Virus record (IMG/VR): IMGVR_UViG_3300017747_002236
Coordinates: 1-31,560 of that record
Reading direction: 5' to 3' (one strand)
DNA: 31,560 nucleotides
DNA from: a virus
Lineage: Duplodnaviria > Caudoviricetes
How positions within the stretch are numbered: position 1 is the first letter of the stretch; the number at the start of each line of letters is the position of its first letter. The translations under genes and the position numbers were made by a program. Below, in pieces: positions 9,710 to 17,339 of the stretch. Under the pieces are notes generated by a model. The model was given only the letters and a program-made list of their open reading frames with translations, was not told the DNA's origin and ran no database searches.

Positions 9710-9738
9710 ACCATACCCGGTTGCGCCTTTTTTGTCAT
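9710..9738 (-). promoter_or_regulatory. Putative sigma70 promoter
   Basis: Minus strand reads ATGACA-17 nt-TATGGT-6 nt-ATG(9703). Confidence 0.45.
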
Positions 9739-9752
9739 GGAGAAACCCGCCC

Positions 9753-11099
9753 ATGCCCCGTAACGGTTCCGGCACTTACACGCGCCCCCAATCTGACTAC
9801 ACCCCCGGCACGACTATCCTGGCAACGTCCGTCAATTCGGACCTTAACGACATGGCGCAGGCCCTTACCGCGTCAATCGCGCGGGACGGCCAAACTATCC
9901 CGACCGCGAATATGCCGATGGGCAATTTTCGGCACACGGGCGTTGCGGACGGATCGGCCCGCACGGATTATGCCGCGCTTGGGCAGACGCAAAACGGCGC
10001 TTTTCTATGGGGCGGCACGGCCGGCGGCACGGCCAATGCGGCGACCATCAGCTTGAACCCGCCCTTGGCGGCATACGCGGCGGGCCAGGCTTTTCGGTTT
10101 CAAACCGGCGCGGCGGCCAATACCGGCGCCGTCACGCTGAACGTCAACAGCCTTGGCGCGGTGGCGGTGAACAAAGGCGATGGCACGACGGCGCTGGCAT
10201 CGGGCGACCTGCCGGCAAGCGCCATGGTGACGGTGGTGCATGACGGCACGCGGTTCCGGTTGATTGACCCGGCAACCAATGACGCCTTGGTGCAAGCATG
10301 GGTGGACCTTGCCAGCGCAACAACGACTGACCTAAGCACGGTTGGCGCCAATGTGCGGATTACCGGCACAACGACCATCACAGGCTTTGGCACGGCGGCA
10401 AGCGGCATTACGCGCAAGCTGCGCTTTGCAGCGGCGCTGACGCTGACATACAACGCGATCAGCCTAATTTTGCCAGGTGCAGCCGACATCACCACGGCGG
10501 CGGGTGACACGGCAGAGGCTATCAGCCTTGGATCTGGCAATTGGGTGCTGGTGGATTTCACGCGCGCGGCGGCAGGTTATGCGGGCAATATCCTGTTGGC
10601 CAATCCGGTGTCCGCTGCGAATATCGGCATCAATCGCGGGACGGAGCAGGCGACGACTTCCGGCACGGCGATTGACTTCACAAGCATCCCGGCTGGGGTG
10701 CGGCGCGTTACGCTGTTGCTGCGCGGTGTTAGCCTGAGCGGGACGGATAACTTCTTGGTCCAGATTGGCGCGGGGTCTTTTTTGACGAGCGGATACGTGT
10801 CTCAGGCACAGTCAATCCGGGATAGCGCTGCACCAACCTCCTCGCTAGCGACGAATGGATTCATTCTGTCAAGCGATATCAATTCCGCAGCGCGACTTTT
10901 CACCGGCAAGATCACGTTGGATAACACCAGCGGAAACATATGGCTGGCGAATGGCGGAATTGTTGGCACAGATGGTGTTCGTGGCGCCATTTCTTCCGGC
11001 GAAGTCACCCTTTCAGGCGCGTTGGATCGCCTGCGCTTAACGGTGACGGGCAGCAATACTTTTGACGCTGGCGCCGCTAACATTATGTGGGAATTTTGA
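9753..11099 (+). CDS. Tail fibre protein
   Basis: GGAG RBS at 9739-9742. MPRNGSGTY N-terminal attachment motif; modular Thr/Gly/Ala-rich blocks (ANTGAVTLNVNSLGA, LILPGAADITTAAGD, ATTSGTAIDFTSIP). Confidence 0.8.
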   Translation: MPRNGSGTYTRPQSDYTPGTTILATSVNSDLNDMAQALTASIARDGQTIPTANMPMGNFRHTGVADGSARTDYAALGQTQNGAFLWGGTAGGTANAATISLNPPLAAYAAGQAFRFQTGAAANTGAVTLNVNSLGAVAVNKGDGTTALASGDLPASAMVTVVHDGTRFRLIDPATNDALVQAWVDLASATTTDLSTVGANVRITGTTTITGFGTAASGITRKLRFAAALTLTYNAISLILPGAADITTAAGDTAEAISLGSGNWVLVDFTRAAAGYAGNILLANPVSAANIGINRGTEQATTSGTAIDFTSIPAGVRRVTLLLRGVSLSGTDNFLVQIGAGSFLTSGYVSQAQSIRDSAAPTSSLATNGFILSSDINSAARLFTGKITLDNTSGNIWLANGGIVGTDGVRGAISSGEVTLSGALDRLRLTVTGSNTFDAGAANIMWEF

Positions 11100-11101
11100 C
11101 C

Positions 11102-11317
11102 ATGGCGCCGATTGATCCTCGCGATTTCGGCAGGCTTGAAGCGGAAGTGATCAGCCTGCAAAAGCAAGTGACCGCAATGGCGGAAGATATGCGCGCCGTC
11201 CGGTCTTTGCTTGACCAAGCATCTGGAAGCTGGCGCGTTCTTGTGGCGGTGGCAGGCATGACCAGCGCTTTAACCGTGCTTGCCATCAAGCTTCTGCCGT
11301 TTTGGCCATTTCGATGA
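11102..11317 (+). CDS. Small coiled-coil plus C-terminal TM protein (lysis region)
   Basis: IDPRDFGRLEAEV..L coiled coil followed by one hydrophobic helix; ATGA-coupled to the next gene. Confidence 0.7.
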   Translation: MAPIDPRDFGRLEAEVISLQKQVTAMAEDMRAVRSLLDQASGSWRVLVAVAGMTSALTVLAIKLLPFWPFR

Positions 11318-11607
11318 CCAAAGAAGAATTTTTTATGGGGGTGGTCTTAGCAGCCGTGTCAGGGTGGATCGCAGCGCTTGGGCGGGAATTGAAAAACGAG
11401 CGCCGGCGCTTGAATTGGAAGCTGATCGCGCTGGAAACGCCAAGCGCCATTTCCTGCGGTTTGATCGGCGGCGGCATTGCCATCATGGCAGGCTGGACGC
11501 ATCCCTTGGCGATTGCCGCCTGCGCTTCCATAGCCGGGCACATTGGCAGCGCGGTCATGATGCAATTCATCGTCAATTGGCTGAAAAAGCGTGCCGGCGA
11601 TGAATGA
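11314..11607 (+). CDS. Putative holin-like membrane protein (about 3 TM)
   Basis: 97 aa with three hydrophobic segments and a basic C-terminus; lysis region. Confidence 0.6.
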   Translation: MTKEEFFMGVVLAAVSGWIAALGRELKNERRRLNWKLIALETPSAISCGLIGGGIAIMAGWTHPLAIAACASIAGHIGSAVMMQFIVNWLKKRAGDE

Positions 11608-11887
11608 CCCAATGGCCGCCGCGCTGAAAGAGCGCGGTTCACTGACCAATGAGGATTGCAAAGTCTTGGCGCGCATTCTGATGGGCACGCCAGACATGCG
11701 CGGCGAGCGTTACCCCGTCATGCAGCAGGCCGGGCCGATGGCGCCAACCATGCGCGAGCAAGGCAATGCGTTGCGGGCCATGTTGGCCAAGCGCCCGGAA
11801 GAATTGACCGAGGCTGAAAAGCCGATCATGGCCACGCTGGAAGGCTTTATGATCCAGGGCGGGCCGTTTCCGAAAGTTGGAAAGTGA
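11600..11887 (+). CDS. Hypothetical protein
   Basis: Overlaps the upstream stop and fills the operon gap; soluble, no recognised motif. Confidence 0.6.
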   Translation: MNDPMAAALKERGSLTNEDCKVLARILMGTPDMRGERYPVMQQAGPMAPTMREQGNALRAMLAKRPEELTEAEKPIMATLEGFMIQGGPFPKVGK

Positions 11888-11899
11888 AGGATTAACCCC

Positions 11900-12310
11900 A
11901 TGGCACCATTACTGGCACTTGTTCCGGCGCTCCTGCCCGCGCTGGGCACGCTTATTGACCGGCTGATCCCTGACAAGGCAGAGGCCGAAAAGGCGCGCAA
12001 TCAGCTTGAGGCGCAGCTTGTGACTGCTGCCAACCAAGCCGCGCTGGCGCAGGTGGAAGTGAACAAGGTTGAGGCCGCGCATTCCAGCGTGTTTGTCGCC
12101 GGGTGGCGGCCGTCGATCGGCTGGGTATGTGCCGCCGGGCTGGCCTGGGCTTTCGTGGTCGCGCCGGTCGCGTCTTGGGCGCTGATGGTGTTGGGCATCA
12201 AGGCTGAGTTGCCGGCCATTCAGTTTGATCACTTGTTTGAATTGGTCCTGGCCATGCTGGGCATCGGCGGCTTGCGGACGTTTGAGAAGCTGCGCGGGGT
12301 GGCGCGGTGA
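11900..12310 (+). CDS. 3TM holin family (GTA-type holin-like)
   Basis: IDRLIPD...EAAHSSVFVAGWRPSIGWVC...MLGIGGLRTFEK signature; GAGGA RBS; directly before the endolysin. Confidence 0.85.
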   Translation: MAPLLALVPALLPALGTLIDRLIPDKAEAEKARNQLEAQLVTAANQAALAQVEVNKVEAAHSSVFVAGWRPSIGWVCAAGLAWAFVVAPVASWALMVLGIKAELPAIQFDHLFELVLAMLGIGGLRTFEKLRGVAR

Positions 12311-12762
12311 TCTCCGCCCGCTGCGAATTGCGCTTGGCCGGGGTGCATCTTGATTTGATGCGGGTGGTGCGGCGCGCGGTTGAGGGCGGCGCCTTGTTCC
12401 GGGTGGAGGAAGGCTTGCGGACGGTGGAACGCCAGCGCCAGCTTGTCGCTAAAGGTGCCTCGCAGACGATGAACAGCCGGCACTTGACCGGACACGCGGT
12501 GGACCTTCTGCCGCTTGTGGATGGGCAGCCTACCTTTGACTGGAAATACTACTTTCCGTTTGCCGACGCCATAGCCGATGCGGCGCGCAAGGAAGGCGTT
12601 CCGTTAATATGGGGCGGCGCATGGGGGCGGACGGTGCAAGACTGGCCCCAAAGCCGCGCAAAGCAAGCGCAGGATGCCTATGCGGCGGAACGGCGCGCGG
12701 TGGGGCGCAAGCCGTTCCTTGACGGGCCGCACTTTGAATTGCCGGCGGGGAATTATCCGTAA
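12307..12762 (+). CDS. Endolysin, M15-family Zn peptidase (L-Ala-D-Glu type)
   Basis: EGLRT.ERQ, SRHLTGHAVDL, WGG.W and DGPHFEL motifs; GTGA coupling. Confidence 0.9.
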   Translation: MISARCELRLAGVHLDLMRVVRRAVEGGALFRVEEGLRTVERQRQLVAKGASQTMNSRHLTGHAVDLLPLVDGQPTFDWKYYFPFADAIADAARKEGVPLIWGGAWGRTVQDWPQSRAKQAQDAYAAERRAVGRKPFLDGPHFELPAGNYP

Positions 12763-12780
12763 CGCGCGGCGCGGATGGGG

Positions 12781-13185
12781 TCAGTCATGGCCTTCACCTT
12801 TCAGCGCGCGGATGGCGGTGGCGATGCTGCGCTTGGTCGCGCGCACTGATGCTATTGCGATGTTCTTCACAGATCGGCCATGTAATTCTGGCGGCGGGTC
12901 GCCTTCCGGTTCCGGTTCGTTTTCCGCCGCCAGCGCCGCTTCTTCCAGCGCATTGCGCCGGGCTTGGGCAACGCGCGCGACCACTTCGGCGGGCGTGAGG
13001 CATGGGCCAGCATAACCAAACAAAGCCAAAAGCATTTTGGGGGAAATCCAAGAATTTCTTGAGCCTGCCCATAATTGCTGACCACTAGACCAGAAGCGCG
13101 GCTCTAATCCGCCGTCCCGTTCACACCAATGCCACCCATCCCGCTCCGGGTTCAGCGGCACCCCAGGCGCGCGGGGTCTGGCCAT
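12781..13185 (-). CDS. Hypothetical protein, probably frameshifted near its 5' end (natural start 13199)
   Basis: 134-aa ORF. The upstream ATGA-coupled start with RBS at 13199 is out of frame by one base. Confidence 0.55.
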   Translation of the reverse strand: MARPRAPGVPLNPERDGWHWCERDGGLEPRFWSSGQQLWAGSRNSWISPKMLLALFGYAGPCLTPAEVVARVAQARRNALEEAALAAENEPEPEGDPPPELHGRSVKNIAIASVRATKRSIATAIRALKGEGHD

Positions 13186-13195
13186 CCGTTGTCGC

Positions 13196-13519
13196 TCATT
13201 CCTTTTCTCCCAGCGCCACGCGGGCTACTTCGCCATAATCTTCACTGGTCCATTTCCACGGCTCGTCACCAGCATAGAAACGCAGCGCCGCCCGCAGCTT
13301 TTCGTTCTCGGCCTTCAGCGCATCACGCTCAATAGTAACAATCTGCATGGCTGAGACAAAAGTTTCGTAAGATACGCCAGATTCCGGCCTTTCGACTTTA
13401 GCCCGCAACGCATCACGCTCGGCTGCGAGGGAGCGGAGGGCGGTGGCAATGTCAGGCGGAGCCTCTACAACGTCGCAAGTCTTCGCCAGCCGTTCCGCTT
13501 TTTCCGTGGTTATGTTCAT
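13196..13519 (-). CDS. Hypothetical coiled-coil protein (Ead/Ea22-like mosaic early gene)
   Basis: Repeated ERDAL.A segments, LRAALRFYA motif, in-operon. Confidence 0.7.
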   Translation of the reverse strand: MNITTEKAERLAKTCDVVEAPPDIATALRSLAAERDALRAKVERPESGVSYETFVSAMQIVTIERDALKAENEKLRAALRFYAGDEPWKWTSEDYGEVARVALGEKE

Positions 13520-13535
13520 TTCTTCCGAGCCTCCA

Positions 13536-13922
13536 TCATCGCGTTAGAGTATTTGTAAGCAAGATCGGCAAAAAACTTTGAGCGCAAATCTCCGCTTCTC
13601 GTTGCATTATCCCGAGCGCATCTGCAATTCGGCGAGGCTTACCGCGATCCATCACCAAATAAGCATCTGCCGGCACGTCAAGCGCAACAACCATCTGCGC
13701 CGAGATGCCAGCCTTAACAATTGCAGAAAGACGGTGTTGTCTGTCCAAGAGCCTGCCGCTTGAAGAAAACGCCACCCCCTGATGCGTCAACTTCCAGTTT
13801 CCACGCAACAAATCATCGGCGTATTGCTGAACTGCTGTCTTGCGAATGGCGCGGTTGCCCGTATTTTGTTTAAGAAATTCCGCCGCAAGATCGGGCGTGA
13901 TTTCCATGATTGATATTTTCAT
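13536..13922 (-). CDS. ParB/Srx-like (DGQHR-type) N-terminal domain protein, possibly degenerate
   Basis: ITP..A..FL..N..NR.I....V..YA.DL..G.W....QG.AF...G.LLD(R)QHRL.AIV.AG; the usual Gly of DGQHR is Arg. Confidence 0.7.
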   Translation of the reverse strand: MKISIMEITPDLAAEFLKQNTGNRAIRKTAVQQYADDLLRGNWKLTHQGVAFSSSGRLLDRQHRLSAIVKAGISAQMVVALDVPADAYLVMDRGKPRRIADALGIMQREAEICAQSFLPILLTNTLTR

Positions 13923-13937
13923 TTTGGTTGCTCTACC

Positions 13938-14360
13938 TCAGAACGGGATTTCATCGTCAATATCAGCAGGCGCCGGGCGTGGCGCGGCACTTTCGCCACC
14001 ATCGCCGCCCGCATCCTTCGGACCAAGCATCACAATGGCGCCGCGATACGCTGGCAACGCCACCTCCGTGCTGTAGCGGTCATTGCCGGATTGATCCTGC
14101 CACTTGCGCGTTTGCATCTGGCCTTCAATATACACAAGCGAGCCTTTGCGAAGATAGCGTTCCGCAATATCGGCAAGCTTTTCATTCGTGACGGCGATGT
14201 TATGCCATTCCGTCTTTTCTTTCGGATTGCCGTCCCGGTCCTTCCATTTTTCAGACGTGGCAAGGCTAAAATTCACAACCTTGCCGCCGCTCTGGAAGTT
14301 CCGCACTTCCGGGTCTTTGCCGAGACGCCCGATCAGCGTCACTTTGTTAAGACTGCTCAT
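13938..14360 (-). CDS. ssb: Single-stranded DNA-binding protein
   Basis: [36 protein letters not shown] and the acidic tail DDEIPF. Confidence 0.97.
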   Translation of the reverse strand: MSSLNKVTLIGRLGKDPEVRNFQSGGKVVNFSLATSEKWKDRDGNPKEKTEWHNIAVTNEKLADIAERYLRKGSLVYIEGQMQTRKWQDQSGNDRYSTEVALPAYRGAIVMLGPKDAGGDGGESAAPRPAPADIDDEIPF

Positions 14361-15151
14361 TCTGCCATTTCCTTTTCAGTGTTTTCGTCCAAGCGCGCCG
14401 TAATGGCCGCGCAAATGTCCAAAACGGTGTCAGGGTAGCGTTCTTTGACCGCGCCAAAGGCGCCGACATTCGCATCAGCCCATGCGCGCAACGCGGCAGG
14501 ATCATGCGCCAGCAAGCCGATTGCCTTCGTCGCGGCGCGGTGCCACAGCTCAACACTGGCAATGGCGTGTTCCTTGGCGTTAGGGTCAATCAACGGCAAA
14601 GGCGCCTCTGAGGGCCGTGCGGCGGGCGCTGGGGCGGGTGCAACGGCGGCGGCGAGGTTTTCCACATGGCGCGGCTCGGGCGGCATGGCGTCAATCTCTT
14701 CCGGCGTGTAGGTGCCGACAATGCAAGCCGGGAATACGGTGCGGATGCCTTCGGAAATGCACCTGGCGCGAAGCATGGCGCGAGGGTAAGCCTTCCACAC
14801 ATCCTTGCCAGATAGGTTCGCGGCCTTGGCTTGTTCAATAGTCCAAGTAATTTCGACGCTGCCGCCTGCCGGGTGCGAAAACACGCCAGAAACGCCGGCT
14901 TCATCGTAGCGCGACCACTTGACGGACCCGCCGGCTTGCTGAAACCGCGCCAGCATAGCGTCTGATTTCATAGACGGACGCCCGCTGATCACATGGTAAT
15001 CACGCAACGCCACGGCGGGGTGCAAGCCTTCGCCCTGGCAAAGCAGCATGATTGCCAGCGCTTCGTCTTGCGTCTTGAAGCCGAACATGCGCGAATTGGC
15101 GGCAACCGCTGCCATCTTCGACATTTCGGCAAAGGGGACTAGATCGGTCAT
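14357..15151 (-). CDS. Single-strand annealing recombinase (RecT/Red-beta-like)
   Basis: [15 protein letters not shown] and [18 protein letters not shown] motifs; adjacent to ssb. Confidence 0.7.
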   Translation of the reverse strand: MTDLVPFAEMSKMAAVAANSRMFGFKTQDEALAIMLLCQGEGLHPAVALRDYHVISGRPSMKSDAMLARFQQAGGSVKWSRYDEAGVSGVFSHPAGGSVEITWTIEQAKAANLSGKDVWKAYPRAMLRARCISEGIRTVFPACIVGTYTPEEIDAMPPEPRHVENLAAAVAPAPAPAARPSEAPLPLIDPNAKEHAIASVELWHRAATKAIGLLAHDPAALRAWADANVGAFGAVKERYPDTVLDICAAITARLDENTEKEMAE

Positions 15152-15152
15152 T

Positions 15153-15701
15153 TCATTTTTCCTTTGATGTTATCACAAGAGATGGTGGCGCAGTCACCAA
15201 CACGGCGCCGGAGATGTCATCGCCACGTACCAAGCGCGACTTGATATAAGCCTTGTCCGGTTCGCGCTTCGTGCGCCAGCAATCATCGGGCAGCGCCTTT
15301 TCATCGGTGATTTCCGCTGATTTGGCGCCGTTGCCGCGCAACGTGGCGCGGTGGTGTTTGCTTTCTGCAATGGCCGCGCCGGGGTCGCCGCAGGCTGCCA
15401 GGCCAGCGCGCAATGCCTCACGGGTTTGTGCCGCGCCGCGCGTCAATTCCGCTTGAACGCGCGTCCAGTATGTGACCGCGCGCTTGGCTTCTGTCTCGGC
15501 GTCTTCCAGCGCGACAATCGCATCCAGCGCGCCCGTAAAGCTGGCGTCAAAGCTATTAGCCTGCGCTGCTTTGCTGGCGGCGCACTTGGCGTTAATCAGC
15601 GCCAAGCGCATCGGATGCGCGTCGTAATCCTCCATGGTGGCGGGAACTTGCACGGCGCGCACGGCTCCCCGCAAGGTGGCTGCGATTTGTTCGGCGGTCA
15701 T
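15153..15701 (-). CDS. Siphovirus Gp157-like protein
   Basis: Coiled coil followed by I.DE..LP...W.....PDK..IK..L..G..I.GA.L; GGAG RBS before ATG 15701. Confidence 0.75.
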   Translation of the reverse strand: MTAEQIAATLRGAVRAVQVPATMEDYDAHPMRLALINAKCAASKAAQANSFDASFTGALDAIVALEDAETEAKRAVTYWTRVQAELTRGAAQTREALRAGLAACGDPGAAIAESKHHRATLRGNGAKSAEITDEKALPDDCWRTKREPDKAYIKSRLVRGDDISGAVLVTAPPSLVITSKEK

Positions 15702-15943
15702 TGTCCATCTCCAAACAACGAAAGCTGACCCGGTTCGGGGATCAGCACTTTCGCGCCCGCCGCTTGCAGCAACGCGGCCAAAGCGGACGCTTCCGCCCGG
15801 CATTGCGCGGCATCATCGCGGGATTGCGCGGCGCGGTCAGGATCGGCGCGGTCATGGCGATCCGCCGATGCCTCAAGGTCGCGGGCATTCAACACGCATC
15901 GCGCGTGAAGTCCGGCAACAGTGGCAATCTGAAAGGCGTTCAT
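15698..15943 (-). CDS. Hypothetical protein
   Basis: TGATG/ATGA coupling at both ends; C-terminal GQLSLF resembles a sliding-clamp-binding motif. Confidence 0.65.
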   Translation of the reverse strand: MNAFQIATVAGLHARCVLNARDLEASADRHDRADPDRAAQSRDDAAQCRAEASALAALLQAAGAKVLIPEPGQLSLFGDGQ

Positions 15944-16110
15944 CACGCCACCCCCAGCAGCACAAGCCAAACCGCAACAATCCAAGCGATGCCCTGGAAT
16001 ACCGCCTCAATCGCCGCGTTGACCGGGCCGGCGCCAATCGCAATCGTCAGGATCAGCAGCGCGCAAAGCGGACCTATCACGATCCACCAAAGGACAATTT
16101 CAGGCTTCAT
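15943..16110 (-). CDS. Small two-TM membrane protein
   Basis: 55 aa with two hydrophobic helices; GGAGG RBS; coupled at both ends. Confidence 0.7.
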   Translation of the reverse strand: MKPEIVLWWIVIGPLCALLILTIAIGAGPVNAAIEAVFQGIAWIVAVWLVLLGVA

Positions 16111-16502
16111 GGCGCGTCCCTCCAACGCTTTATGGCTTTAGCGAACATCGCCAGAATGTCTTGCGTTTCATAGCCTAGCGGCGTCCCGGCGCGCGTGGCC
16201 TTCCAGTGCCTGCGGCCTTCTTCCAGCGTGAAAAACCGGCAACCGGCTTTGATGTAAAAGCCTTCCTTGCAATGCCACAAGAAAAATTCCCAGCCATCTG
16301 ACCGGGTGGCGCGGCGCAGAATACCAATAGCAGTTTTGTCATTGTTGATTTTGGCGCCGACAAGGCTGGCGCCGACAAGGCTGGCGCCGACAAGGTTGGC
16401 GCGGTCAAGGCTGGCGCCGTCAAGGCTGGCGCGGTTTCCGCCTTCACCGCGCAACCAGCGCGCATGATCCGCCAACACGGCGGCGATTTCTTCCTTGGTC
16501 AT
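16107..16502 (-). CDS. Pentapeptide repeat protein
   Basis: L.DH..WL...GG.RA N-terminus, A(S/N)L.(G/R) repeats, C-terminal I.AGCRFFT. Confidence 0.9.
   Translation of the reverse strand: MTKEEIAAVLADHARWLRGEGGNRASLDGASLDRANLVGASLVGASLVGAKINNDKTAIGILRRATRSDGWEFFLWHCKEGFYIKAGCRFFTLEEGRRHWKATRAGTPLGYETQDILAMFAKAIKRWRDAP
16352..16435. repeat. 15-bp tandem repeat (about 5.5 copies) encoding the pentapeptide repeats
   Basis: Units TGGCGCCGACAAGGC x2, TGGCGCCGACAAGGT, TGGCGCGGTCAAGGC, TGGCGCCGTCAAGGC and a partial copy. Confidence 0.9.
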
Positions 16503-16870
16503 TGCGCGACACCCCGGCGCATGTTCCAATTATCAATCGCGCGATAAAATCCGCCGTTCAGGCTGTCATCTTCCGCGCGGCGCTCGGCTTCAACCGTGAC
16601 GGTGGCGGCGGTCTCCACCAGCACGTTAATCGCGTGGTCAATCGCTTCGGATGCGTCTTGGCTTGGCGCACTGGCGGCAATGTCCAGAAGCTGCGATACC
16701 ATGCGCTCAATCTGCAACATGGCAGTCCAAGCCGTGGTAGCGGCGTCGTGCCAGTTGCCGTTTTTGTCATCGGGGCATTTTTCCAGACGAGCGCGATAAC
16801 CCGCCAGGCTAACCAGCGCTTCGTGTTTGGCTGGCGCCTCGGGCGGTTGTGTGGGGAGAAGGTTTAACAT
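16499..16870 (-). CDS. Hypothetical protein, first gene of the leftward operon
   Basis: GAGG RBS before ATG 16870, downstream of the leftward promoter; no HTH or S24 peptidase motif. Confidence 0.7.
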   Translation of the reverse strand: MLNLLPTQPPEAPAKHEALVSLAGYRARLEKCPDDKNGNWHDAATTAWTAMLQIERMVSQLLDIAASAPSQDASEAIDHAINVLVETAATVTVEAERRAEDDSLNGGFYRAIDNWNMRRGVAQ

Positions 16871-16904
16871 GGCTTGGTGCCTCTGTTCGGGTTGCGATGT
16901 GCTA

Positions 16905-16933
16905 ACCCTATGCCTTGCCGGTGCGGCTGTCAA
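16905..16933 (-). promoter_or_regulatory. Leftward early sigma70 promoter
   Basis: Minus strand reads TTGACA(16933-16928)-17 nt-TAGGGT(16910-16905). Confidence 0.75.
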
Positions 16934-16973
16934 TCATAAAATAAATGCCCGGTGCTTTTTTTTATGATTGACA
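16928..16973. repeat. 14-bp perfect inverted repeat containing both -35 boxes
   Basis: TGTCAATCATAAAA (16928-16941) and TTTTATGATTGACA (16960-16973). Confidence 0.9.
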
Positions 16974-16997
16974 AGCCCCGCGCCATGCGGTTAGGGT
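16968..16997 (+). promoter_or_regulatory. Rightward early sigma70 promoter, probably giving a leaderless cro-like mRNA
   Basis: TTGACA(16968-16973)-18 nt-TAGGGT(16992-16997)-7 nt-ATG 17005; no RBS. Confidence 0.7.
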
Positions 16998-17004
16998 TCC
17001 GACC

Positions 17005-17205
17005 ATGACAGTCTCAGACCTCATAGAGCAGGCGGGTGGCACGCGAAAACTGGCGGAAGCGCTAGGCTGTCGCCCGAATGCCGTTTGCAATTGGCGCTAT
17101 CAAGGCGTCCCGTATAAGCATCACGCCCGGCTGCGCGCCATGCTGCGCCGCCGTGTGGAACGTTTGGCGCTGGCCGAGGCGTTGGAATGGAGGCCAAGTA
17201 AATGA
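17005..17205 (+). CDS. Cro/YdaS-like HTH regulator
   Basis: LIEQAGG.RKLAEALG..P.AV.NW...GVP motif; first gene of the rightward operon. Confidence 0.85.
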   Translation: MTVSDLIEQAGGTRKLAEALGCRPNAVCNWRYQGVPYKHHARLRAMLRRRVERLALAEALEWRPSK

Positions 17206-17339
17206 TAAAACGCTTGCGGCATGGAATATGCTGGATTATGTGGCGCGTCAGTGATGCGTTTGAAATTATGGCCGATTGGTGCCAGCGCGCTGCCGATTGG
17301 GCAGAGGTTCTAGGTGGTCGCATCAGGGGGCGCCAATGA
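17202..17339 (+). CDS. Small hypothetical protein (45 aa, absent from ORF track)
   Basis: MIKRLRHGICWIMWRVSDAFEIMADWCQRAADWAEVLGGRIRGRQ; ATGA overlaps at both ends. Confidence 0.65.
   Translation: MIKRLRHGICWIMWRVSDAFEIMADWCQRAADWAEVLGGRIRGRQ

Noticed and set aside
9468-9752. 95-aa N-terminal extension of the tail fibre given by the ORF track; similar extensions at 1313, 15803, 16933, 17276, 23236 and 25775
   Set aside because: Downstream starts have RBS or coupling and family-typical N-termini; the extensions overlap other genes or promoters.
9753-11099. Diversity-generating retroelement or invertible tail-fibre switch, as in BPP-1-like phages
   Set aside because: No reverse transcriptase or invertase, and no second copy of the fibre 3' end seen in the window.
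12763-12780. Expected bidirectional terminator or attP between the converging operons
   Set aside because: The gap is only 18 nt, with no convincing hairpin, T-tract or tRNA-like core.
13319-13420. 12-bp direct repeat CGCATCACGCTC, 90 bp apart
   Set aside because: Encodes the repeated ERDA peptide in a coiled-coil protein; no evidence for an att site or target duplication.
16352-16435. Possible CRISPR-like or iteron array
   Set aside because: Units are contiguous 15-mers without spacers and are explained by pentapeptide coding.
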